Origin: a candidate division TM6 bacterium UASB124
Lineage (GTDB): Bacteria > Babelota > Babeliae > Babelales > RVW-14
Direction: 5' to 3'
Assembly (NCBI GenBank): GCA_945872225.1
Contig: CAMBZK010000001.1
Coordinates: 1 to 30,520 of the forward strand
Length of the DNA: 30,520 bases
Shown: positions 16,450-24,603 of the stretch, piece after piece
Numbering within the stretch: position 1 is the first letter of the stretch
How the letters are laid out: each line of letters starts with the position of its first letter
Notes under the pieces: model-generated
The model's input: the letters and a program-made list of their open reading frames with translations, nothing else
Told to the model about the DNA's origin: nothing
The model's database searches: none
Translations under genes and position numbers: made by a program

Positions 16450-18051
16450 ATGAATAAGCGATTTATAAACATTATATGCATCATGGCAAACATACTTTGT
16501 ATCAGTGGTTATGCAGCTACGAATAAACAGCTTGCTGATACGACTTTCTTTGGCGCCGAGCAAAAACTTCAAGACGTACAACATGAATTTTTCAACGATA
16601 TGCAACTTTGCTTTGACCCATTTTTGCTCGAGTCGCCAAAGAAAGATGCGCTTTCTCTTATTAAGCGCATGTGGAAACAGCTTGAGAGTAAGGCTAAGGC
16701 TCGCATTGAGCTAGGCGATGAAGTTGCGGCAATGACCATTATTGCGATCATGCAACAGTTTGTTGGTGCTATGCAGAAAACATATCAAAAGGTACTGCTC
16801 TTTGCTTTAGGCTACAACCAATCGTCTCATGCCGTTATAAAAAAAGGGCTTAGCTTTGTCGAACAGCAAGATATGATGCTTACTGCGCTACTCCCCTTGG
16901 TTGGGCTTGTGCTCAGGCAGCTCAAAATGCAGGATGGCAGCAAGGTATTAGTAATCGATAATGCCATGATTAGCACCTGTGTTTTTGAAGCATATAAGCA
17001 ACAAGTGGCTGGCTGGTGGATTGTTGCCTATTTTAACGGGCAAGATGAGGCTGTCAAAAAGCTTATATCTGTTGATCTTGGGGTGCAATATGAGGCGATT
17101 GCGAATGCTTATTTTGCATGTATGCATGACTATGCAAAGCTTTTTAATAGCAGTGTAGATTCCTCATTGCCATCAGGCATGTATAAAAGCCTTGAAGCCT
17201 TGGCCGGGAAAATTAAAGAGACCATAGGATCTATTAATCAGGCCTTTGATAGTGCTGAAGATGAATCGATACGAAAAGTATTTCATTATATGGCCAGCTA
17301 TCTAGAACGAGTTTTGCCGGAGGTTGAGATTCTTACGATCTGTAATACCTTTACTGAGCCAATGCTCGCTGAGCTCTTTGCGTTGCACCTAGCAATTATT
17401 GATTCGCCAGGCTTTGTTGCGATTAAAGAAAAAAATCCTGATATTGCAGAAAGTTATGCACGTTTAACCGATACGTTTTTTAAGCATCAACCGAATAATG
17501 CTCTTTTTTCACACCAGGTACATAAAACAATGCAGACGGTACGGTTTCAGGCAAATGCTAAAAAAACCCACGTGCCGGTTGGTATTATAGATTATATAAA
17601 AATGTTCTGGCGCGTTGTGCATGTTGTTTTGATTAGTACAAGCAACGATCCATTGCTTGATACGCTCGATCAGATGTTGGTTGTGTTGCATACCTGTGCA
17701 GAGTGGCATAGTGCTGATCGCAAACAAGCTAAAACATTACTTGAGTGGCTTTTGCCAAAGGGTATCTGTGATCATCCAATGCTGCAGCCCTTATTGCAGA
17801 ACAATAATATATTAAGTCATATCGCTGCTGCTGGTGCTATTCCTGCAGGAGCTAAAGTGATTCAAATGGTTCAAAGCTTTTTCTCAAAAAAAGCGGTAGG
17901 GTCTTCAGAAAACTCTGTTGCAGCCCTTTTGCAATTGGCAAAAGATAATCCTGTCGCCTTTGGTGAGTTGACTAAACAAGAGCCAAAAATACTCCAACGC
18001 CTTGCTGTGCATTTTGTGCCAACAATGCCTGCAGCGGCGGTGAGTGCCTAA
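16450..18051 (+). CDS. Large secreted hypothetical protein (about 533 aa), probably all-helical
   Basis: GAGGA RBS and signal-like MNKRFINIICIMANILCISGYA. No domain recognised. The GTG at 16441 is an alternative start. Confidence 0.75.
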   Translation: MNKRFINIICIMANILCISGYAATNKQLADTTFFGAEQKLQDVQHEFFNDMQLCFDPFLLESPKKDALSLIKRMWKQLESKAKARIELGDEVAAMTIIAIMQQFVGAMQKTYQKVLLFALGYNQSSHAVIKKGLSFVEQQDMMLTALLPLVGLVLRQLKMQDGSKVLVIDNAMISTCVFEAYKQQVAGWWIVAYFNGQDEAVKKLISVDLGVQYEAIANAYFACMHDYAKLFNSSVDSSLPSGMYKSLEALAGKIKETIGSINQAFDSAEDESIRKVFHYMASYLERVLPEVEILTICNTFTEPMLAELFALHLAIIDSPGFVAIKEKNPDIAESYARLTDTFFKHQPNNALFSHQVHKTMQTVRFQANAKKTHVPVGIIDYIKMFWRVVHVVLISTSNDPLLDTLDQMLVVLHTCAEWHSADRKQAKTLLEWLLPKGICDHPMLQPLLQNNNILSHIAAAGAIPAGAKVIQMVQSFFSKKAVGSSENSVAALLQLAKDNPVAFGELTKQEPKILQRLAVHFVPTMPAAAVSA

Positions 18052-18140
18052 CAGCAACGTGAAGTGGTAAAGCATCACAACTGTGATATACTTAAATCTC
18101 TTTTTGAAAACTTTTGTCTTTTTAAAAGAGGTCATACCGT

Positions 18141-19205
18141 ATGCTTTACCACATTGCGTTGCAGTTGCAACATACCTACTCATTTCTAAATATCTTTCGG
18201 TATATCAGTGTTCGCACTATGGGGGCGTTGCTGACTTCAATTATTATCTCATTTATTTTTGGTAGTAATTTTATTTCATTCTGCCAAAAGATGTTTCGCT
18301 CCAACGTGCGTGAATGGACACCAGAATCGCACCAACAAAAAAATAATACGCCCACCATGGGAGGGCTGTTTATTTTGGCGGTATGCTTTACATCGAGTGC
18401 GTTTTGGTGCAATTGGCATGATCATCGCGTATGGATTTTTTACCTATGCTTACTTGGATTTGGGGCGCTTGGCTTCTTTGATGATTGGTATAAAATAACC
18501 AAAAAAAAGGGCGTCTCTGCCTCTTTTAAATTTCGCCTGCAGCTGCTTATTGCTACTGTCATAGCTGGCGCGTGGTACTATTTTGTTGCGCCGACAACGA
18601 CGATATGTATCCCATTCTTGAAACACCTTAATCCCGATCTGGGCTATTTTATTATCTTGTGGGCTGCCGGCGTTATGGTTGCTACGAGTAATGCGGTTAA
18701 TTTAACTGATGGGCTTGATGGCTTGGCGACAGGGCCCCTTATTTGCAGCTTTACGACCTTTGGTATCATTGCGTATTTGGCTGGCCATAGCAAACTGGCA
18801 AGTTACCTTTTTATTCCTTACGCCGGGACCGCAGAGCTTGTTGTTATCGGTGCATCACTGATTGGCGCTCTGGTAGGGTTTTTGTGGTATAATGCTCATC
18901 CCGCGCAAATTTTTATGGGTGATGTTGGCTCTTTGCCACTAGGCGCAAGTTTGGCATTGATGGCAATTATGGCTCATCAGGAGCTTTTATTACTTATCGC
19001 TGGCGGCATCTTTGTTATGGAAACCGTATCAGTAATTTTGCAGGTATTGTCGTTTAAAATTCTAGGCAAGCGCATATTTAGAATGGCCCCAATTCATCAT
19101 CATTTCGAGCTACTTGGGTGGCAGGAAACTAAAATAGTCATTCGCTTTTGGATCATTGCTATTATACTTGCGCTATGCACGCTTCTAACCTTGAAAATAC
19201 GCTAG
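18141..19205 (+). CDS. mraY: Phospho-N-acetylmuramoyl-pentapeptide transferase
   Basis: KNNTPTMGG, SNAVNLTDGLDGLA, FLWYNAHPAQIFMGDVGSL and MAPIHHHFELLGW motifs. Confidence 0.97.
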   Translation: MLYHIALQLQHTYSFLNIFRYISVRTMGALLTSIIISFIFGSNFISFCQKMFRSNVREWTPESHQQKNNTPTMGGLFILAVCFTSSAFWCNWHDHRVWIFYLCLLGFGALGFFDDWYKITKKKGVSASFKFRLQLLIATVIAGAWYYFVAPTTTICIPFLKHLNPDLGYFIILWAAGVMVATSNAVNLTDGLDGLATGPLICSFTTFGIIAYLAGHSKLASYLFIPYAGTAELVVIGASLIGALVGFLWYNAHPAQIFMGDVGSLPLGASLALMAIMAHQELLLLIAGGIFVMETVSVILQVLSFKILGKRIFRMAPIHHHFELLGWQETKIVIRFWIIAIILALCTLLTLKIR

Positions 19206-19281
19206 CATCCAAAAATACCCCTAGGAAAAAGCATAAAACATGCTACGATAATTCCAGGTTTTACACACAATAGAGAAGATT

Positions 19282-20307
19282 ATGCAAAAAACTATCAAGA
19301 CTATAGAAACTCAGCTTCATGACCAATTAGCGCATGCAACAAGCCTTAAAGAGGTCGAAGAGATCCGTCTTGCTGTGCTAGGAAAGAAGGGCAGTGTTAC
19401 GCAACTTCTAGCTCAGATGAAAGAATTGTCGCTAGACGACAAAAAAGCTGTTGGTCCGTTATTGCAGGAGCTTCGCCAAGCAGCGGAAGTGAGCATCAAC
19501 AAGCGCAGAGATTTTTTGGTGCAGCAAGAAGCACAAGCCGCAACAGTCAAAGAGCAGCTGTTTGATGTGACGGTTGGCGTATCAAAAGCGCAACGTGGTC
19601 ATTTGCACCCATACACGCACATCGTTGAAGAGATTCAACGAATCTTTCTTTCTATGGGATATGAAATTTGGGATGGCCCTGAAGTTGAGACAGATTTTTA
19701 TAATTTTGGTGCGTTAAATATACCACAAGATCATCCAGCGCGAGATATGTACGATACCTTTTGGACTGATGCGGCGGGGCACTTGTTGCGAACGCATACG
19801 TCGACAGTACAAATTCGTGCTATGCAGGAGCGCAAGCCTCCCATTGCCGGCATTGCTCCGGGCAGGACCTTTCGTCATGAAGCTGTTGACGCTTCGCACG
19901 ACTATCAGTTTATGCAGTGTGAAGGGTTGTTTATAGATAAAAATGTTACGGTCGGTCACTTATTTGCGACGGCACAGACCTTCTTAAAAGCGTTATTTGA
20001 AAAAGATACGCTCGATATTCGCATCCGTCCTGGCTTCTTTCCATTTGTTGAACCAGGTTTTGAGATTGATATGCGGTGTGTTTTTTGTAAGAATGGTTGT
20101 TCTGTGTGCAAGCAGTCGACATGGATCGAGGTGTTTCCTGGCGGCATGGTGCATCCAAATGTGCTTAAAGCTGGTGGTATTGACCCTGATCAGTATGCAG
20201 GATTTGCGTTTGGTTTTGGGTTGACACGTTTGGCTATGCTGAAATATGGCATAGATGATATTAGGCTTTTGTATAGCGGAAAGCTGAAATTCTTAGAGCA
20301 ATTCTAG
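19282..20307 (+). CDS. pheS: Phenylalanine-tRNA ligase alpha subunit
   Basis: GHLHP, NFGALNIPQDHPARDMYDTF, LLRTHTS, RIRPGFFPFVEP and GFAFGFGLTRLAMLKYGIDDIR motifs. Confidence 0.98.
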   Translation: MQKTIKTIETQLHDQLAHATSLKEVEEIRLAVLGKKGSVTQLLAQMKELSLDDKKAVGPLLQELRQAAEVSINKRRDFLVQQEAQAATVKEQLFDVTVGVSKAQRGHLHPYTHIVEEIQRIFLSMGYEIWDGPEVETDFYNFGALNIPQDHPARDMYDTFWTDAAGHLLRTHTSTVQIRAMQERKPPIAGIAPGRTFRHEAVDASHDYQFMQCEGLFIDKNVTVGHLFATAQTFLKALFEKDTLDIRIRPGFFPFVEPGFEIDMRCVFCKNGCSVCKQSTWIEVFPGGMVHPNVLKAGGIDPDQYAGFAFGFGLTRLAMLKYGIDDIRLLYSGKLKFLEQF

Positions 20308-20417
20308 TTGTTTGGCGAGGAGACGCCACGGCTAGGTGGGACATTATGGTTACTGATATTTTGGTGACCGCATTGAACGAATAAAAAGCTCAGACAATGG
20401 CAAAGGAGAGAGAGAGA

Positions 20418-21356
20418 ATGATTACGAAAGCCATTATTCCTGCAGGCGGTTTGGGTACGCGGTTTCTACCAGCGACAAAAACCACGCCTAAGGAAATGTT
20501 GCCTTTGCTTGAAAAGCCGGCCATTCAATACATTGTTGAAGAAGGCCTTAAATCAAGTCTAAAGACATTTATTGTTATTACTGGCAAAAATAAGAGTGTT
20601 ATCGAGGATCATTTTGATCCATACCCAGAGCTTGATGCGCACCTTGCGCTGCATAAAAAAGAAGAGCTGATGGATGGGGTTAACAAAATTATTCATGCTT
20701 CTAATTTCATTTATTTACGCCAAAAAGAGCCACTTGGTCTTGGCCATGCCATATGGTGTGCCAGGCATGTGATTGGCAAGGAGCATATAGCAGTCTTTCT
20801 TCCAGATGATATAATTGTCAACTCGAATACGCCATGCATGGGCCAGCTGATGCAGATTGCAATGCAAGAAAAATGCAATGTTGTTGCTGTGCAAGAAGTA
20901 CCTATCGAGGATGTTGGCAGTTATGGGGTTGTCGGGATTCGCAAGCAATTTTCACCGAACTTATTTCAAGTAAAAGAGTTGGTAGAAAAGCCACGCCCGA
21001 TTGATGCGCCATCTAATTTGGCAATTATTGGCCGCTATGTGTTATCGCCAAATATCTTTAATGCGCTCGAAGAGCTTAACGCTGGCGTCAATGGTGAGAT
21101 TCAATTGACTGATGCGATTCAGGCATTGCTACTTTCTGGTGAAAAAGTTTTTGCGTATAAAATTCAGGGCACACGCTATGACGTTGGGACCCCCCTTGGG
21201 TTGCTGAAGGCAAATATTGATATGGCTTTGCGCCATCCAAAATATGCCCAGCCAATGATGGATTATTTGGCTTCTATTGATCGAGAAATGATTGTGATGC
21301 AGGGGCAGGCGCAATCACTATCAAAGATGAAGCATAGCAGCGGGGTTATGCTATAA
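20418..21356 (+). CDS. galU: UTP-glucose-1-phosphate uridylyltransferase
   Basis: KAIIPAGGLGTRFLPATKTTPKEML, RQKEPLGLGHA, LVEKP, NLAIIGRY and GEIQLTDA motifs. AAGGAG RBS before ATG 20418. Confidence 0.96.
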   Translation: MITKAIIPAGGLGTRFLPATKTTPKEMLPLLEKPAIQYIVEEGLKSSLKTFIVITGKNKSVIEDHFDPYPELDAHLALHKKEELMDGVNKIIHASNFIYLRQKEPLGLGHAIWCARHVIGKEHIAVFLPDDIIVNSNTPCMGQLMQIAMQEKCNVVAVQEVPIEDVGSYGVVGIRKQFSPNLFQVKELVEKPRPIDAPSNLAIIGRYVLSPNIFNALEELNAGVNGEIQLTDAIQALLLSGEKVFAYKIQGTRYDVGTPLGLLKANIDMALRHPKYAQPMMDYLASIDREMIVMQGQAQSLSKMKHSSGVML

Positions 21357-21379
21357 CCTATTTATTTGATTCTGTAGCC

Positions 21380-21423
21380 ATGCGGCACTGCACTCTTTTT
21401 GAGTGTGGGGCCGCATTTTTTTA
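21380..21423 (+). terminator. Rho-independent terminator after galU
   Basis: ATGCGGC...CACTC-tttt-GAGTG...GCCGCAT followed by a T run. Confidence 0.75.
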
Positions 21424-21436
21424 TGTGCACGTGAGA

Positions 21437-21862
21437 TTAGTTGTTGTTTCTGATTGCTACTTGCCAGAGGCTATTATTGCACTCTGGGCATTTATAAGAA
21501 ACCGCTTCTATGGTAGATGTTATAAAAGCTTCAATTTCTTTGGGAGATCCTTGTAGTGTTGCAAATGACTCGTCTAATTTTTGTTTGGCGATTTGATAGC
21601 AATGATCATCATCAACATTCTTCAGGGCATAGCCTGCAAGCATCCCGATAATGCCTACCATCCCACACGAGCTAGAACACCCAGAACATTTAAAAATGGT
21701 TTCTTCTTTGCCTGCTGGAGCATATTGCTTTACCGCTGGATCGAGTTTGATTATGGTAATAACAATATCTGCAACACGTGTTGCCATTGTAAGAGGGCTG
21801 CCGACACAATCCTGTGCCTGAAGCAGCAAAAAACATACCAATACTTGCCCTAAGATTTTCAT
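21437..21862 (-). CDS. Secreted hypothetical protein with CxxC-x62-CxxC-x4-W signature (module 2, gene B)
   Basis: GGAGGGGGAG RBS, signal-like MKILGQVLVCFLLLQAQDCVG, and CSGC and CPEC-NNSLW motifs. Confidence 0.78.
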   Translation of the reverse strand: MKILGQVLVCFLLLQAQDCVGSPLTMATRVADIVITIIKLDPAVKQYAPAGKEETIFKCSGCSSSCGMVGIIGMLAGYALKNVDDDHCYQIAKQKLDESFATLQGSPKEIEAFITSTIEAVSYKCPECNNSLWQVAIRNNN

Positions 21863-21886
21863 TCTCTCCCCCTCCTGGCTACTTTT

Positions 21887-22177
21887 CTAAAAAGTGATTA
21901 CATCATTATTCTTAGTTTCAACAGGCATCTCTTCTGGTGCAGCATCCCAACACGATACTGACTTGCACTCTTCGCATTGAATATTAAAAGCATTGGCAAA
22001 TGTAGCCATTCCTTCGTCCCAGCCACTTCGCGTTAAACTTTGAAGGTAACAGGTAACTGCTTTTATGCCACATTCCATAGCCAAGGGCCCTAGATTTTGA
22101 ACGAAATACGCTGCCGCCATTGCTAAAAAACCTGCATGAGTCATCATTCTTTTGCACTTGCGGCAGATCATTTTCAT
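21887..22177 (-). CDS. Small hypothetical protein with CxxC-x59-CxxC-x5-W signature (module 2, gene A)
   Basis: CRKC, LGPLA, LTR, QCEECK, WDAAP and terminal DVITF; paralog of 6353..6658. Confidence 0.8.
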   Translation of the reverse strand: MKMICRKCKRMMTHAGFLAMAAAYFVQNLGPLAMECGIKAVTCYLQSLTRSGWDEGMATFANAFNIQCEECKSVSCWDAAPEEMPVETKNNDVITF

Positions 22178-22219
22178 GGACGAGATCTTTCTAGTAAGAA
22201 ATTAGCTGATAACGTTTTT

Positions 22220-22248
22220 ATGCTAACAAAATTGTTTTTGTGAAGCAA
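22220..22248 (-). promoter_or_regulatory. Putative sigma70 promoter of module 2
   Basis: Minus strand: TTGCTT (22248-22243), 17 nt, TAGCAT (22225-22220), with an extended -10 TG. Confidence 0.55.
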
Positions 22249-22359
22249 TAAACTATGGGTAGAATTTTATTTTGTATTTTTGCCCTAGGCAACCACTTGC
22301 GCTAGGCTGGCATCCGAGATACAAGCAAAAAAAATTCAGGGGGCTGCGAGCAAAGGAAA

Positions 22360-22850
22360 ATGATGATACTACAAAGTACAATTGACGAAGCAATTAGACG
22401 GTTGGTGAAAGTGTATAATCCGTTGGTGATTTATCTTTACGGGGATTATGCCTGGGGGGAGGCCCAATGAAGAAAGTTCTTTTGACGTGCTTATTGTTTT
22501 GTTGAATCATCAGGAAAAAAAGCGAGCAAAAGAGGATACGTTCGTTTTGAAGCGTTATTTGGCTTAGCTATACCGTATAGTCCGGCTGTTTTTACTAAAG
22601 AAGAATTCGATAAGTATGCTGCAAAAAGAGTGATGTTGTAAGCTTTTGGAAAGTCCAAAAATCACCGCCACAGCAAACTGTGAAAACAAAAGAAGTGTCT
22701 AATCTGATGGCGCCAGTGGGGTCTACTCCAACACCGCCAGCTAAAGCAGTAGAAGCGCAACCGGCTGTAGGAGCTCCAGTGCAGGTAGTTGAGCCGCCAA
22801 TTTATTGCAGCAATGGCGTACGTGTTGGTCAGGCTACAGCAAGGTACTGA
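22360..22850 (+). pseudogene. Frameshifted minimal nucleotidyltransferase (MNT, HEPN-MNT antitoxin type) with a possible Pro/Ala-rich tail
   Basis: Not in the ORF track. Joining frames gives MMILQSTIDEAIRRLVKVYNPLVIYLYGDYAWGE / PNEESSFDVLIV / VESSGKKASKRGYVRFEALFGLAIPYSPAVFTKEEFDKYAA. Breaks fall near 22462, 22498 and about 22626. The MNT homology is clearest over 22360-22641. Confidence 0.75.
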
Positions 22851-22856
22851 GGTAAC

Positions 22857-22896
22857 AAAAAAGGCGGGGATGCCATAATCGCATCCCCGCCTTTTT
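22857..22896. terminator. Bidirectional rho-independent terminator
   Basis: AAAAAAGGCGGGGATGC-cataatc-GCATCCCCGCCTTTTT. Confidence 0.9.
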
Positions 22897-22921
22897 AATA
22901 GCTAACTAATCGAGCAGGCAA

Positions 22922-24322
22922 TTAAAACTTTTTAATGCCACGCAAGTTCCAGTATTCGCTTACTAAGCCGGTTGAACCAGCAATAGCAATCAAGCCATCA
23001 CGTTCGTCAACAGCAAGCTTAGCTTGAGTCAAGGCCTCATCAAGTGATGCAGCAGCTTTAACTTTAACGTTAAGCTCTTTTGCCATCATTGCAAGGTCTT
23101 GTGGGTCATGGCAAGGAATCTCGCCAGGAAGTGCTACGAAGGTGATTTGGCCGCTTACCTTTTTGAGCAAGTAGCGCATAATCTTGATAGCTTCCATAGC
23201 GTTGACTGCTTTAGGCAAGCCAAGAATCAGAACCAAGCCTTTCAGAGGTTTTTGGTAATGAAGTAAGCGGATGCCCAAGAACAGGTTCATAAATGCATCA
23301 AGGTTGTTTGCATTATCAAGCAGGATGCTTGGATTTTCTTTATCAAGGTGCTCAAAGCGTCCATGAAGCAAATCAAACTGATCAGCCCAGAAATGCTTTA
23401 AGGTCTTGATTGGGTTAAGTTCTGCTTGGCGTTTTGCTTCCAAGGTTGGGCGACCACGTTGGCCCTTTTGGGTAGCCAACAAGTTACCACGCAAGAACGG
23501 TGAGAACTTGCCTTTAATATCTTCAACATAAATCTGAGCAAGGCGCTCACCCAAAGAGGCTACGCGGCCATAGAGCTGCTCATACATGTAAGGGAGGGTA
23601 GCCAATTTACGGATAGGCATTGCCCATTTAACATGATGCTCATCGCACCAGTTTTTCATCTTTTGTAAACGGATCTTGCTCTGTTCTGCTGAAATGAACC
23701 AGCAGTCAGCCTTAACCATGCCAAGCATTTCAAAAGCAACAGCATCAAGGTCTTCGCCAAGCAGGCCACGGCCGTCTTCAGCGATACGGGTAATCGAAGC
23801 AAGTTTTGGAGAGAAGTATGCGGCTGCATCAAGTCTGCCACCATAAGCAACTTCTAAGAGTGCTACATCACTGTTTTCATGCTTAGCTTGCAGAACAGTT
23901 GCGATAAGCACCAATTCATAAGCGGTTGCTTGAATTTTATTAGCATCAGCAGCAGCGATGACTTCGTTTACAACATCAGTAAATGTCTTATTGCTAACAG
24001 ATTCAAGTTGTACTTGCATCCGCTCGTTGTAGGTCAGGATGTGTGATGAGAATGCTACAGCAACTGAAAAGCCTTCTTCACGAAGCAGTTTTGCTGCAAA
24101 GTGGAGAGAAATGCTCTTGCCATTGGTACCACCAACAACAATCATGTCACGATTTGCTGAAGGCATGCCGAGTGCTTTATCAAGCGCTTGCATACGGAGC
24201 ACTGAAGCTTCGCTGTATTCGTAAGGCTTAAGCCCATCCAAATACTCAACAAGCTCGCTATAGGTTCGAACCTTATGGAGGGCGGACTCTTTTTTCCGCG
24301 CCTGATCAATATTTGTAATCAT
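22922..24322 (-). CDS. Divergent FolC-like (folylpolyglutamate synthase / Mur-ligase fold) protein
   Basis: GGTNGKS P-loop, FSSHIL..NER, DVALLEVAYGGRLD, GRFE, ILLDNANN and AGSTGLVSE. Start at ATG 24322 (GAAAGG RBS). Several catalytic motifs are altered, so no gene symbol is given. Confidence 0.8.
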   Translation of the reverse strand: MITNIDQARKKESALHKVRTYSELVEYLDGLKPYEYSEASVLRMQALDKALGMPSANRDMIVVGGTNGKSISLHFAAKLLREEGFSVAVAFSSHILTYNERMQVQLESVSNKTFTDVVNEVIAAADANKIQATAYELVLIATVLQAKHENSDVALLEVAYGGRLDAAAYFSPKLASITRIAEDGRGLLGEDLDAVAFEMLGMVKADCWFISAEQSKIRLQKMKNWCDEHHVKWAMPIRKLATLPYMYEQLYGRVASLGERLAQIYVEDIKGKFSPFLRGNLLATQKGQRGRPTLEAKRQAELNPIKTLKHFWADQFDLLHGRFEHLDKENPSILLDNANNLDAFMNLFLGIRLLHYQKPLKGLVLILGLPKAVNAMEAIKIMRYLLKKVSGQITFVALPGEIPCHDPQDLAMMAKELNVKVKAAASLDEALTQAKLAVDERDGLIAIAGSTGLVSEYWNLRGIKKF

Positions 24323-24449
24323 CTCTGTGCCTTTCACACTACGCGCCACTGCACGCAGCGTGTTAATGCTATTAGAATTTTGAGTTACTATTTACTTGCA
24401 TACGTTTGTCCAATGTACATTTATCTCTATGATAGACTCAGATTACGAG

Positions 24450-24478
24450 AAGTACGTAATGTTGTCAAACAGGCACTA
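24450..24478 (-). promoter_or_regulatory. Putative sigma70 promoter of the FolC-like gene
   Basis: Minus strand: TTGACA (24478-24473), 17 nt, TAATCT (24455-24450). Confidence 0.6.
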
Positions 24479-24603
24479 ATTGTCATCAGCCAAAGAGGAT
24501 AAATTACAAAATGGTTACCAAGTGAAATGTTAATTGACATGCTGCAACAAAAGAGTGAAGCTACTCAGTTATCGACTATGTTTTTTACCAGGGAGTTTTC
24601 TAC

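Noticed and set aside
19206-19281. T-box or attenuator upstream of pheS
   Set aside because: The intergenic gap is only about 76 bp, with no T-box motif or Phe-rich leader.
22467-22505. GGAGG-preceded mini-ORF MKKVLLTCLLFC resembling a signal peptide
   Set aside because: It is an alternate frame of the MNT pseudogene, stops after 12 codons, and its frame has several further stops before 22614.
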